DNA of 64,000 nt, taken from Phoronis australis. Taxonomy: Eukaryota; Animalia; Phoronida. How positions within the stretch are numbered: position 1 is the stretch's first letter; every line of letters starts with the position of its first letter. The stretch is taken from positions 274,334 to 338,333 of the forward strand of contig NMRA01000446.1 of the NCBI GenBank assembly GCA_002633005.1, given 5' to 3'. The notes beneath the pieces are model-generated. The model worked only from the letters and a program-made list of their open reading frames with translations, did no database searches and was not told where the DNA came from. Positions 24,783-38,773 of this stretch are shown here, piece after piece. Made by a program: the position numbers and the translations under genes.

Positions 24783-27700
24783 GGCGGCACTCACTCTGCA
24801 GATGAACCACTGACGTCGCTGCGGAGTTTCTCACCTTCCTCACAGGTTAACGCGACACCTTTCGGCAAGGTATGGTCGACCGCGTACGAGCCGATGTGGC
24901 CACAGACCGATTAAGGCGGTGAAAAAGACTAATTAAATCGGGTGGCATTGTCCTTTAAGCATATCGTTTCGAGATCAAATAGTTCCCAACTGAATGTGAA
25001 CGACCTTAACGATCCGTAGAATCTGATCAACTATATTATCATGTATTCTTGTTACACAATATTTTAAAGCCGGTGCTGAACGCAAGTTACAATGTTTCTC
25101 ATACGCGGGGAGAAAAATAATGAGCAATGATTTTCATTAGATAGTCTAAGTATTGATGTTTGAAAATTGAATCAATTTTAATTGCATAAGAAATATTTCT
25201 TTTATCTGCCATGCATTTGTCGCCTAAATGACTAATGCTAAATCGATTGACATAATTCACAGCTGACACACGCTAATTTAGAGTCTCGTTTTCAAAAAAA
25301 AGCAAAGAAAATTTAGACAGCAGGCAAAAACTTGATAAGTCTTCTAAATAAAGTTTTGCTGACAAAGTCACGTTAGAAACAAACATAACGGAATTACCTA
25401 CAACTATCACAGTGAGGGGGGGAGGTTGTTGTCAAGCTTAAGATTGCGAATTGAAAAGTTATCAATGTTTAAATTTGGGATGATTCTCTTTAAACTTGCC
25501 TTATCATAACGAAGTAGCCAAGTATGACATTCTATGTCATTAGGTAAACACCACTCTCACTGGTCAAACACCGGGTAATATGATTTACACCAGCCAATGA
25601 AAAACAAGGTCACATACAGTGAGCAGCTTACTGTATGTCTGCTTCCAGTAAAGCCATGTGTGATTGAAGTGATTATTAGTTTGTCATTATTTAAAGTGGC
25701 CAGTTTAATTGCCCACGAACACTTTCACAAATTTCTAAGCCCTTTTTATAATTCAGCTTCGTAGTATTAAAAATAGTGTACATACATGTATTCATTCAAA
25801 ATTTGCGAACAGGACATGTTCGGTGAAGCTATCAAGTCTTAGCCTAGCCCTAGCCCTAAGCATTCGCCTTCGATTCGTAGGATTCAATACGGCTCGGATT
25901 GGGATTTGCCAGCAAATTTGTTATCTGGTTTCACTACGTTCACACGTAGTCCTGTGAATCTCAGGTACCTCGAATAATCAAAAGTTACCGTGCTAAGGAT
26001 TTGCTGGTGGTAATTCAGCTCGTGATATTTGTATGATCATTTGACGGCATGACGTACGTCTTAACGTGGCGGAAAAGGCTTGTGAATTTATAGCGCAAAG
26101 AAAGCTAGAATTGGCTGAAAAATAAACAATACACATTTTCCGAAGATTCAAGTGAAATTTTACCATATGTAGCAATGCGGAAGACAGACGGTCAAAGGAT
26201 TAAATGCACATATACCACAAAATTATCCACATCGGCATTCCATTAAACAGAAGAAATAATACATTTTATAGGAACACTGAAAAATGCAACGGACTATAAG
26301 GCTATGAGTTTGATGTCAACTTAAAAGCCTTAGCATTTCTTTGGATATAAGTCCAACCGCTATTTTTCATGTGTGTTTCGCCCATTTAGTCATGACCTGT
26401 ATTATCGCAGTCCACTGACTAAAGCCATTCCATGAAAATATTCAATTAAATATCAAAACAAAACAAAACAAAACAAAAGAACAGATGTTTCAATGCTTAC
26501 AATGGAAACATATGTCAAAGTAATGTGTTTTCTAAGTAAAATAAAAATGGCCTTCTATTAGAACATAAGCCCAAAAAGACATGACCTTATTTTTTGGGGA
26601 ATTTATAGTATGCACTGACAAGTTCGAAGTTCTCGTGTTTACTGTGTGGCAGACAACAGAAGGAAAATCAGGGATACAGTAGACTGAGCTTTCTCTTTTT
26701 ACACCAAACTGTTCTTGGTGATTTTCTTCGGCTGACTATTCCTGGATAGTTTACACGCATGCATGCATGATGGCACCGACAATCTCATTAAAACAACCCC
26801 TTAAATCAAAAAAATGAAAAACTCTACAGTAACTGTAAATGTAAATGTTAGTATTGACTGCGATAAGTTAGCCGCAGATATGGCAATTTTTACATAGACC
26901 ATATAGCTGTATGTTTCCGAACCCTGACATCACCAAGCCACACCACCTTTCAGCTACCGACGATATTTCCACCTGGAACCTATTTATTCAAGAAGCGAAA
27001 CCAGTCAATTGTTCCATTTCTGGTTAACTGGACGCCACAAAACGCAAACTCATTTTCATTTAACGGTTCCAGGGAAGAACAGGGGTACACTGAAATGTCC
27101 ACGTATATTGTTTTGAGGGAAACGTCGTTTAAGGACTACATTCTAAGAAATGGTCTCTTCAGCAGCAGAAAAAACACACGCATTAAAGGAGGGGTGCTGG
27201 AATGATCCCATGAATCTCTGTTCCCGGAGACGAACGAATTAGATTTCTTATATTCGTAAACCGGGCACTGTGCCAAGTCAAAGACACACTATGTTGGGTG
27301 GAACTGTAATTACGTCAGAACTTAGATGACAGATACAGTAAATTACACGAGCTTAATTATTGCGGAAAAATCAATAAAAGTAAAGGGGAAATTAGTTACC
27401 AATAAAGATGGCCACACGTGTTCACTTTACTGAAGGCATTTCGCCGCAGTTGTTTAAAGGCTTCAAAAGTTATGATGAGATTTTGCAAATGTATTTACAA
27501 AGGTGTATACATGTAGTTTTTGCGATAAACTTTCCTTTATTTTGGCTGTGAAATATTTAGCAATTTTTATTAAAATCTAAAATAAAAATGTATATTTATG
27601 GCTTCAATTTTTACAGTTTCACAAATATGAATATCCGTTCCTCTGGTGAGGATTACAGGGTGCAAAAGACAGTAGATTCGCATGACCTCACTTCCATCTC

Positions 27701-28574
27701 GAACACCTCGGTTAATTTCGTAGTCTTAGATTATCGCCTGAAAGTGTTTCGTATCTACTCATGTCCGAACCTTTGTCAGAATAGTAAACGGTTTGGGTCA
27801 ACAGGCGGTTAAAAATGATGGCTATCCGCCTGGCAGGTTTCAAAAGTGGCCCGGAACGTCATTCCCAATCCGTGGTACCAATCCCGATGTACATACTGTT
27901 ATGTTTTAGCCTTTTACATGTTTCTCAGGGATATTCGGCCTCACGACTCACTGTCCTTAAAACATGCGCCGACGTGAAACATCTCCGAGGCTGATTTTGA
28001 GGCTACCAACAAAGTCGAGGTGTTCGGATATCTCAAATCATGAACAGACGCGTTCGGAACACCTCTAATCTTTTCGTAATCTCAAATTATTCCTCGGAGA
28101 AATTTCATATCTGTGTATGAGTCGACTTCGCTCAGAAGAACAAGGGATAAGTGACGGCTAAAATCACTTCAGCTTAGGTGGTCTAAAAGTCGTTCGCAAC
28201 GGTAATTGTAAATCCTTCTTATGTACTATTAAATCTTGCAGTCGACGGGATTCTCCATTTTTAGAATCACTTGTCTTGCTGTAATGACTGACGAGGCCAA
28301 AAAGCATAGTTGGTTCTTTTTTGAGAATTGGTGGTGTGGTACTCTTTTACATGTAGTTGTTCACCTTTTCAAAAAAGAAAAACACCTGAAGACGAGCAAG
28401 AATGGTGCGGGAGTTCTTACTCATCATTTAGCAAAACGTGGCGTCTTGAACCTTGCTCATCCTTGCGTACATGCATTTGCGCAGTTTTCAAAAAAATACT
28501 TGATGAAATTGATGTGAGCGGGAAGTTTATTTGTTAGTCAAACAACGCAGATCTTAAAAAGAGTGGCAGCAGAG

Positions 28575-28938
28575 ACTCGAAATCGAAATTATTTTTGACA
28601 CTTTGTATTCCACATTTGTGCGAACTTAAAATATGTGTCTATTACTCTTTGCTTGAGTACATAGTGACTTGCGCACTAACGTGGATAACTGTCTAATCTT
28701 AGTTTGCACTTGGTGACCCAAGCACTAGAACTACTACAATTTTGAGTCGTAACTCCAAATTTCGAGTCTTTACCCCAGTTTGTAGCTAGAATTTAGGGTC
28801 ATGAAGTGCGAACTATTACTCAACACTCATCTGCATAAATAGTACTGCACTCAAGAACAGAGTAACAAACACTTATCTTAGGCTTACATCAAAGCACATG
28901 GGAAAGTACTAAAAACATTTTCGATTTCGATTTCGAGT
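28575..28938. mobile_element. ~360-bp foldback MITE; partial relatives at ~41665-41830 and ~58570-58820
   Basis: cgaaatcgaaattatttttgacacttt versus the reverse complement of aaagtactaaaaacattttcgatttcg; arms continue inward (attactctt / agagtaac). Confidence 0.7.
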
Positions 28939-30265
28939 GCAAGGATCAGTCTCCGGTCCCAGAATCAATTCTGCTTTTATAGCCTAATACACGAGTCCAC
29001 GGTCTCATGTTGAGCATGCGTAGCGCGCTCACTCACATGTTGGAGAACACGGTAAAGATCCGCCTACATGTATATGCCCAGGCTTTTCCTATATGTGTGG
29101 AAGGGAGAGTAAGTATTAGACAAATCTCAGTATTCATACGGCTTGTTAGCTCTCGACTCAGAGAGAAATGTATTTAAGAGTGACTCCGTATAAAAACCAA
29201 CAGGTAGAGTCTATACCCAAAATCACAGATTTTTTAAGACTTAACAGATAAGTTTGATTTCGCGAGATGTAGAAAAAATTCGCTTTTTAAGAATTTTCAT
29301 CCATTATTTTTATTTTTACGACATGTACCTTTAACTTGCAACAAAATTGGGCGCCGAAGTAGACATGCTTGAATGAATTTTACTAGCATGTATAAATAGC
29401 AGAGAACAAATGAATGATGCAATTTTAAATGACTATAATTCAACAATTTAATGGCATAAGTTTCAAAATTCATTTTCAAATTTGTATGCTTCGATTTTGT
29501 GTGGCAAAAAAGGCTATTTTGCAAGTTTTCACCGAAGCCATTTTCGGAAAAATTTGGCACTCTGTAGCAGCCATATTCCACGTTTTCAAAAACTGACCTT
29601 ATACTAATTTGTTTAGTCATTCCTAACCTTTTCATAATCTAAAATGAAAAATCTTGCCTCTCCTGTTGTTTTTGATTACGAAACATTACACGAACTCCAT
29701 TTCGTCCAATTTTCCTGTTCTCAGTTGCTCCAACCACCAATAAGGGGCCTCTTGAAACGTGTAATTAGCTTGCAAAAGCGAAGTAAAATGCTTGCATTTT
29801 AGAGAATAAGCAGTTTGTTTACATGTAGACTGTGAACGCGACTACCAGCCGAATCTGCCTTACTCGTGTTTTTTATCTTGGCTGTGAGAGCCACTGGAAT
29901 AGGAAGGCACCTAAGGGGTTATGGCCCTCTGTTTATTGCAAACAAATTTCAGCTCGGTGAAAACTCCTTATAATTTTGAGTTCATATTGTAATGTATCTG
30001 CAGGTTGCTACATGTATGAATTTTAATCTCCACACCGGTCGCCGGCCACCCGAAGGTTGAATATTTCTGACAGCGCTATCATTAACGGTATGAAAAGGCA
30101 TACATTCAAGCTCAAGAGAAAACAATTCATGAAAGACAACAGACATTAGGCAAACACAGTTCAACACAACGGTCTGGACTTCATAGCAAACATACCGAGT
30201 GACTGACTCTGTGCCTTAGCAAGGGGCAGGGGTCAGATGCCGCCGGGCTCCTGTCGAAGGGGAGG

Positions 30266-30317
30266 NNNNNNNNNNNNNNNNNNNNNNNNNNNNNNNNNNN
30301 NNNNNNNNNNNNNNNNN
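30266..30317. other. Assembly gap (52 N) in a G-rich MITE-like repeat ending ctacgccactg (~30468)
   Basis: N run flanked by G tracts. Confidence 0.9.
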
Positions 30318-31156
30318 GGGGGGGAGGGTGCCAAACAGGTGTCGTCCAAGGGGGCACCAGGCATCTGTTTATTGGAGGGTTACACAGCTACCAACCGTGG
30401 ATGGGGGCGCCACTTTGTGAGGCGACGACGAGGGGGAGGGGGGCAAGGAGGTGCTCTCTACGCCACTGGACTGACTTCTGTCATTTCACCTCAGGTACAA
30501 ACTACGACTAACTACAATAAAATAAATAATACATGTACATGCATATGGCGAGCACTGGGAAAGGAAAGTTAAGTCATTTAACTCCAACTGTGACTCTTGA
30601 AGTCGAAGGTTCCGCTTGATACCATTTCTGAGCCTGTCCAAACTAAGGCAATATCCACCGTGAAATGCTGAAGTCAATATCTCGCCCAGATTTTATTCTG
30701 GAAGGTCTTGGGTGTTCGGGGTACAGACGCTTTCTGCTTGGTTGAAAACCGGGACCAAATTCTCGTCGGTGAACACCGCATAATTATATGATTTGACGCT
30801 ACGACTGGTCCTGCTCAGTCAAACATTTACCTATCCTGGATAGTACGAGCCCATACTCTGCCTCTGGCATTGATTCATGTAATACTTTACAGCATCTCAG
30901 ATGTTCTGAACTGTCTTTAGCATGACTGACTAAAGCAACAAAGCTTTTGTGATTGCACTTGTTTGATTGAAACTCTCTAAACGAACAGAAATGGCCTTCG
31001 TTCTTCATATCGTTTTCGAGAACATGATACTCAAAACCAGTCTTTACAAATAAAAATTCTTACAAATTCCAACTTCAAAGGGACTTATTTCCATTTATTT
31101 GACCTGTAGTTGTCAAATAAATGATAATGGAAGAAAACAAGAGAGTTACATTTACA

Positions 31157-31197
<41 letters not shown>

Positions 31198-34137
31198 TCA
31201 CACCTAATGTCAACTGACTCACTAGACAAAGAGCATCGAATTCAGTTTTGATACTGATCGCAGAAAACAATTTGTTTTCATTTGAAATACCTTAGACTTG
31301 ACCTTTATAACAACTTAAAGCAGATTTCATGTTCAAAATTTCGTTTCAATTTGTCTGTAAGCTATGGTCATCACTTCCAAAATCGACAGTTTTGCAAGTC
31401 AATTTTCACTAAATGTAAAGTTGAGGCAAGATGTTTTTGGTTAGTCATCAAGATTTACTCTTTAGCTGTAGGTTCGAAAAGTTACATAAAGCTACAAGGT
31501 GCAATATGGCAGTAAAAGGGCCACAAAACGGTCACTAAAATTAGCTAGGAAAAGTGGTCTGTGGATTATCTCCCCTGTATAGCACAAAGCCGTCAAATGC
31601 CAAATAATTATTTACAGTGCACATTGGCTATTCCAGCCACCAAAGTACAACTTTCAATCTATGTTCTAACTTACCTATTTTCGTTGCTGAAAACATACAA
31701 TTTTGGAGACGGTGAATACGACCAATAGCGGTCTAGTGCTCCAGCAGCGAAATTAGGGGTCATTGAGTGCATAAAAATGGCATTTAGATTTTTGTTAGGA
31801 TACTTATCCATGTATAAAATAGTTGTTTTGAATTTTGACGTATAGACTGATTTTTGAAAATCTACTAGTTTTTATATGGACTGCCTCTTAAATTATTGCA
31901 CTTAAACCCTGCAATCGCAAATGGTTATTGCAACCGATCATCGTGGCATCAGCTGACCAGCGAAACCAAGATCCCAGACATTAAAGATAATTACGGGAAT
32001 AATGTGAACGTTTCTCTATCCAAATAACGCCTGAGATATTCGCGTACTGCTTGCATGATTTAATGATCAAACGCTGTTTTCACCAATTACTGGCTATTTT
32101 GAGAGAAATCAGCATTTTATAATCCAGTCCTAAGAGACCACAATGTAAAAGTCGACTTGTTCACTGTACATAATTCTCCGTCATGCGCTACTCATAATCA
32201 ACTAGAAATCCTAGAGTAAAGAATTAATCCACTTTCAACACAGATACGCCTGAACCATAATTTACATAGGTTCTCCTTGCATTTAAAAAAAAAACATATT
32301 AAGCACTTACAGCTGTCAGTGTAACGTTCTATATTGTTATGCATGTTCTAGTTGAAGTAACCATTATCGCCTGCCTAACATCTTAATCATGCTTTTCTAA
32401 CCGTGCGGTCTACCTTGTATCAATAGTCTCTGTGTTTTATTCTTAGTAAAACGACATTAATTTGCAATTTAAATAAACTTGCATTGCATCTTATTTCATT
32501 GTAGATGTACTTATTTCTGTTGTTATTTATAATGTTCTTCTTAATTGTTAATATATATTTAATTTATTGTTACTCGGTGGTCAGCTAGTAGCGGCCCGTG
32601 CCTTTGCTGGCCACCCAGTCATACAACAATGTATGTTTTATATGATTTTAAAAAATAAAGGTCTCTATCTTTCTCTGTTAGCCGCATTCGCAAGTAAGCG
32701 AAACACTGGAACTCCAATCATAGAGCAAGTTCTCAAATTATCGGTTCACAATTTCGAGTTTCACGAATCACGGTAAACTTTTTTTCTTCCTGCCATTGTC
32801 CCTATTAATTCCTCCACCCGGTCACCACCCCTGTCTCCACTAATCCTTCCCTCCCCACGTCGCCCCAAATCCAATTCTCGTTTACGCTCACAAATCTGTG
32901 CTGACTTTTGCGAGTTTATAACAATAACGCGAGATTATGTGAGACTTAACTGTGACGTCACGGGAAGTGGGGCAAAAGCTTGTCGTTTGGTCATTTGCCC
33001 AATACGGTAGCAGAGTGTATTCTGTTATTGTCTTCGAGTTTTTAGCCGTTTAGGTCGAAAAATGTCCAAAAGCATTGCTGTTATGGCAAATGAACTTCAG
33101 ATTCGCACTACAATACGTTCTATCGCGTTCTGTACTAATTTCGTCCCGTGTATTTTAAACGGGCAGTAGGCGAAATCCGCTCACTGGTAAAGTTTTCACC
33201 TCGTCGAAAATACATTCTACACCTATAATTAGCACCTAAAAGGCTCTTACTTTCTTCAGTGACTCTTTCTGCTTCTAAGCATATCTTCGATGAAGCATAT
33301 ATACGGGAATTCAGGTGACTTAGGCGAAGAATTCCAACTCCACTTTGTGGTTACTGTTAACTTTGTCCGCGCGCGCGATTACCACAATCAAGTAGTTCAA
33401 CTGAGTCAGGTGAGTATGAGGCAAAGGCTAGCGCGAGACTGAGCGAAGCGCGAGATCTGGCGCGTGACCTGGCGCGTGACACTTGCAAAATAGCATGAGA
33501 AAATATCAAGTGAAATTTGTAAGATTTGTGTCCCTTGGACTTTTTGTTCGTCAACAGGCGTGATTTCACGTAACTTCCTCAAAATGGCGGCTCTTTAGTG
33601 AGAGAAACTCGAGAGAACCGCGAGGTTTTCATGAATATGCTCAAGTTATTTGTAGACTAAATTGTGTCCAGAGTCAGGGTATGTGTTAATTATAACTTCA
33701 TGTGCACATATGCATGTTTCATTTGATTTTATTTGCTGTATTTTGAAGTGAATATCTTTTTATGGGGATACACTATCGCCCCTGTATGCCTGCGCCATTC
33801 AGGCCTAGAGCGGGTTAAGTTCCAATTTCAGTCCGTTCACAGCTTCGCACAACATAACAAGGTCACATTTTCTTCGTCTATTCACAGTTATTCCACGACC
33901 CATCTACCATATCTTAAGTTGTTTTAACGTTTTAAGCGTAAAATTCACCATAAGAACTCCAGTAAGTTTTAGCGTGTGTAGCAAAGACTCGGGGCAAAAC
34001 AAGAGCAATATGGCGGGTTTTGCCCCCTTTCCGGTGACGTCACAGTGACTAGCGAGAAACTCGCAAGTGAGCTATTCACGACAGTACAAAAGTACAAAAT
34101 CACGCAGCCGATCAGACTGTTCCACAACGGGTTAATA

Positions 34138-37100
34138 TACCACCTGACCCATAACAAATTGCAACAAAAGGTATTAAAGTGGTTTTATGGTCTACAGGTA
34201 AACAGGAAAAAAGTCTACCAAAATGTGACCACCGGAAATGGGTTAAAACTGCGTCATTTCCAAGATGGCAGCCACGAAGTTTCGAAATCACCAAAAATAG
34301 ATATAACTTCTTCAACAATTGAGATAGAGACATAATTTTTGGTTCTAGTCTATGGTTTTAAGGGGTGAGCAACGCACTGGTGTACTTGACCAGTATTTGA
34401 TATGAAATTCAAGATCGCGGCTAAAACTCTAGAGCGAAAAATCTCTATTTGTCCATTATATCGGGTGATCAAAAATAACGTTTCAAATTTTAACCTTTAT
34501 TTTTTCGAAAAAACATTCATTGAAATTGCACAAAAGTTTGCACATGTGCATATCAGACCATTGCCAGTACACCATAATTGGGGTTAATTACAACATGTTT
34601 TACACATTTACACAAAGTCCTGATTGCAATCTAATGAACATCAGCGGTTGGAATACACCGACAGAGAATGTGTACCAAGGTATAGGTTGTACTATACTCA
34701 ATAACTTAAATATGCAAAACTTCTTTACTTAAAAGGCACCTGTCAGTATCAAAATGACTGAACACCAGCTGCCAGTAAAGTATTTATTCGTCGACGTGAC
34801 GCAGGAACGATTAGGTTGCATTTTCATCCAAGAATGTTGCGTTCATTGCACGTACTGCCTCCGTTCAACCCTCGTCAGTGTCTTCAAGTTCCTAAAAAAC
34901 TTGATTTAGCGGATTTCCACAATATGTCGCTAGGCCCAATTCACCTGTAGATATACAAGCAAGCCCATTCTTTCTGCAACTGCAACGGGGCGTACTACAA
35001 GCTGTGGAACAGTTGCAGTGTATCATCTTCAGGAGTGTCTGGTGCAGCATTCATGGCAGTCATGGTGGGTACGAATTGTCTTCTAGTCTCAGTCTAAAGG
35101 ATCCAGGTCATTTGACATCCCCATCCAAACAATGACCTGGTAGTACACTCAAGACAATCAAACCTAGTAAACAAGTGCTCTCTCCACCAAACATTGCAAC
35201 CATCGCTTGGGTGCCAAGTTTCTCTATCTCTGAGGGCCTCACAACTTTCGTGGTGAGTGTGTCTGCGCAGGACTGGAGGACTTGGTCATCGTTTACGAGT
35301 TTCAGAACGACTGATTTCTTTCCGACGCCATAAACACGAGACTTTGAAGGAGTGCAAGAACAGTATCTAAGTACACATCGTAATCCTGAGCACACACTTC
35401 ATCCAATTTATGTCGTATACTTTCAGATTGGTTCTTGACTGGTTGTCTGATCTGAAAAATAGTGATTTCAGCCATCCATTAATGGAGAATAAGCATCAAC
35501 AGGGCAGTGTCCTCGCCGATTACTGTGGTGGGATGCATATTATACTGTTCACTGCTGTCTTTGCAATGTCCACACCAGCGTATAACCCCTTGTGCCTGAA
35601 TGGCTGCGCATCCCACTTTCTGCAGCTGGTCTCTTATTAAGGCGATCAATTGTTCCTTGCTACTGCCGGTGGATAGGAATTTATCTCTCTCAACCATCAA
35701 ATTCCGTTTCTCCGGTGAAGTTCACAGTCGGATAGCTGCTGAGCTGTCTCCGTCTCTGCTGAGTGTTACCCTTTATCGAAGGACCTGCACCATAGCCATC
35801 AAAGACAACAGTGGCTGCCTCATAGTGTTTTGCCGTGACGTCACCATGTTCTCCGGCAATTTTTTCATACGCATCTCCCTTCTTCCATTTGAGCTTGTGC
35901 AGCAAAGATCCCCAGTCAAGCACACACCTTTCAGTCTGGAGACGTACTGAAGCTCCATCACGTGCATGGGCCTTGGAACAGCGGTTACAAACGGCTTGAT
36001 CCAGTTGAGATTTGTCAGCCTTCCTCAAGATCAGAAGGACGGTGGGTATGGAGTGAGCTCGAAACTCACCACTTCCTGTCAAGAGACAAGTCATCTGAAC
36101 GGGATACTGCCAGGAATCGCTGGAAGAGTAAGCAAGGGCCGATGGTTCTGTCGGGACCAACCTGGACAGCAGCTGCGTTTTCCAGGGTCTTAACTTCGTT
36201 TCTACTCTTAAAAGAGAAAGAAAACACAGGCTATCGAACCATTTTGTCGATGATTTTCTTCCCAACAGATGCATATCCATGCACGTTGACGTAAGCGTTG
36301 GCAACACCACCATTGATGACATTGCGTTGGGCAGGGTCTGAGGAGAAGGGTGAAAATGGGATCAGTTTTGTGCTTATCTTCGCAAAGTCGCATGCATCTC
36401 TTTCAATTCTGGCACCAGTTGCTTCTTTGTGTTGTTCGTTTTTGTGAAGTCCTACAAGGTGATATTCACATCTGACGTTACGCGGACCGACATCGTCCAC
36501 AATACTCGCTGATCCTCTGCCATCATACTGGCATGAGTCAAGCCACCTGTGCCTTTTTAGCGATCGCATTTAATAATTTGTTCAATGGCTAGATCACAGC
36601 TCAGGCCTGTACAAAACTGGTTTGTTCACCGAATCACATGAAATTAATTTTTCAAAACTTCGCATATACATCTAAATGTTTGCTCTCCATATCAGCCATT
36701 TCTTTTATGTACAAGTGGACGTAAGTGGATTTCAGGAAGTTGCAGTGTCCAGCTGCAGCAAATAATAAATGTTAACAAGGCATCACCAACAGCTTGCACG
36801 GGATCATTCCGAGACCGAGTATGATACGCCTTGATCATTGCCCAACCAGTATGGAGTATTTTCAGACCAGCCACAGCTGACTCGTTTTGGACTGTGTACT
36901 AAGTTCAGACTTCCTCTTCTCAAGATTGTCGAAGATCTGCACAATTGCGGCTGACTGTGAGGCACTTCAGACAGATGTTGACATTTTGCCCAGGGCGTCT
37001 AGTTTCCTTGTGTGCATTTTTAAAATAAAAACCAGTGGCAAACAAATATACACTAGACAATTTTTGTGACTTTTATGCAAGCCAATGCTTTGAATTAAAT

Positions 37101-38773
37101 ATTTGACAGCTTAAATATTAATGCAATGTCCTTATTTTAATATAAATTCATTCAGAATTCAGTCAAATCTAAACTTTTCCAGATCTTTCAATCAGAACAA
37201 GTCACATTTAATCATACTTTCGTTATAGGGTATAAGATATTTAATAATGGACAAATCAGTGATTTTTCGTTCTTGAATTTTATCCACCATCTTGAATTTC
37301 ATATCAAATAATGATCATACATATGGAGAATTTCTCGCTTACACTGGTGACCGTCCTGATTCCCTAAGCCCCAGATAACTTTTACGATGTCTATTCAGCA
37401 CGCCCTTTGTATTGATATAGATCTGAGCTAATGAAGTGGAAAGGTAATTGCTAGCATTACTGTCTCAACAATGGTTGTTGTTAGTACCCACAAGTTGATT
37501 TTCTCTGACATTTGCAGAGTTATATCCTGCAACTGTGGAGAGTAGTTTTAACTTGGTACATTATAAATATTACGAAATGTCTAAAAAGGTTTAACTTGTG
37601 TTTATCTTCACAAAGGGCCACTTCCCAAAGGAACGATAAGTTTCATATTCGTTTCCTTAATTTAATTTTTAATGCTTCTGCCCACTTGTTTTTTTGTTTC
37701 TTACCGGAAACGGGTTGAACTTGAAGTACCAAAACTGTGGTAGATTTTGATCGCCAGCTAAACTTAATTAGTTAAGTTCATTGTGAGCCCATCCCTAAAC
37801 TTACCATATTACAGGTACACTAAACATTTCACGTGTCATTAAAGTTTAATCTTTATTAGAACTCAAATCATAAAATATATTACAAACGTGCATATATGGT
37901 GATAACCAAACTGAAGATTTGGAATCTCTGGACAATTTCGGTGGCACTGACTATATAACAAGACTAGCTCTTTGTCAGTAATAAAAATGAAAAGTGGGCA
38001 CTACAACTGCTCGCTGGTCAAAAATCTGGTTAAAGGAGAATGGAAGAATATTAAAAAATGAATCCATGAGATTTTGTTAACTCTGATCATCCTTTGTATA
38101 TCCACCGAGTATATCAATACGCGCGATAGTTTATCTTCAATCGTACCAAATGGTTGTAGTTTTTAGATTATTAGTTCATCGATTTTTAAAAATCGAAAAC
38201 CGTACTTGGTTGTTTTTTCAGTTGAATACCGCCGTGGTGTTAGTTTATAACGAAAATTAGTGGTTAATGCGTTTTGAAAATTCGACATTATGTACAGTCA
38301 GAGATGTTTAATACAGTTTATGGTCAGATAATTACATTTAATTGGGTCTTGCTCGCATCGGGCAATGCGGTCATCACAATTGTACCTGATTCCGGGGCAT
38401 CGATCTCTTTGATCCTGGTACAAGCCGCTCAGAAGGAAGATTACCAGTGAAAATTTCTTTAGAAATGCGTGACTTCCTTGTAAGCGTATTATTCACGGTA
38501 TGATCTTAATTTTAACCACACCAGTGAGTTGCTCACCCCTTAAAACCATAGACTAGAACCAAAAATTATGTCTCTATCACAATTATTGAAGAAGTTATAT
38601 CTATTTTTAGGGATTTCGAAACGTTGTGGTGGCCTTCTTGGAAATGACGCAGTTTTAACCCATTTCCGGTGGTCAGATTTTGGTAAACTTTTTTCCTGTT
38701 CATAAGTATACCCACTAAAGCATAAAACCAACGTAAAACCTTTTGTTGCAATTTGTTGTGGGTCGGGTGGCTA
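34138..38773 (-). mobile_element. Decayed Academ-superfamily DNA transposon with long TIRs
   Basis: ~245-bp inverted repeats (34138-34383 and 38518-38773); the right terminus reads TAGCCACCCGACCC. The inner TIR part 34390-34465 is matched at 37240-37312. Encloses a transposase/XPG-like pseudogene. Confidence 0.8.
34900..36900 (-). pseudogene. Academ transposase/XPG-like nuclease relic
   Basis: Multi-frame fragments DLAIEQ..MRSLKR, LRKADKSQL, CVLDWGSLLHKLKWKKG, ATVVFDGYGAGPSIK, KEQLIALIRDQLQKVGC, TTVIGEDTALLMLI, SRVYGVGKKS; many frameshifts. Confidence 0.75.

Larger units (their letters stand above)
22895..24954. mobile_element. Internally deleted Kolobok-like DNA transposon (2060 bp)
   Basis: TTAA on both sides; TIR AGGAGAATGCCACCC versus AGGACAATGCCACCC (14/15 match). 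Contains THAP and Cys-rich pseudogenes. Confidence 0.82.

Noticed and set aside
28286-28312. ctgacgaggccaaaaagc as a hammerhead (also 20268 ctgacgagtgc)
   Set aside because: No downstream GAAA box or closing stem.
34045-34335. Paralogous small ORFs at 34045(+) and 38913(-) as a duplicated gene
   Set aside because: The similarity is explained by the Academ terminal inverted repeats.
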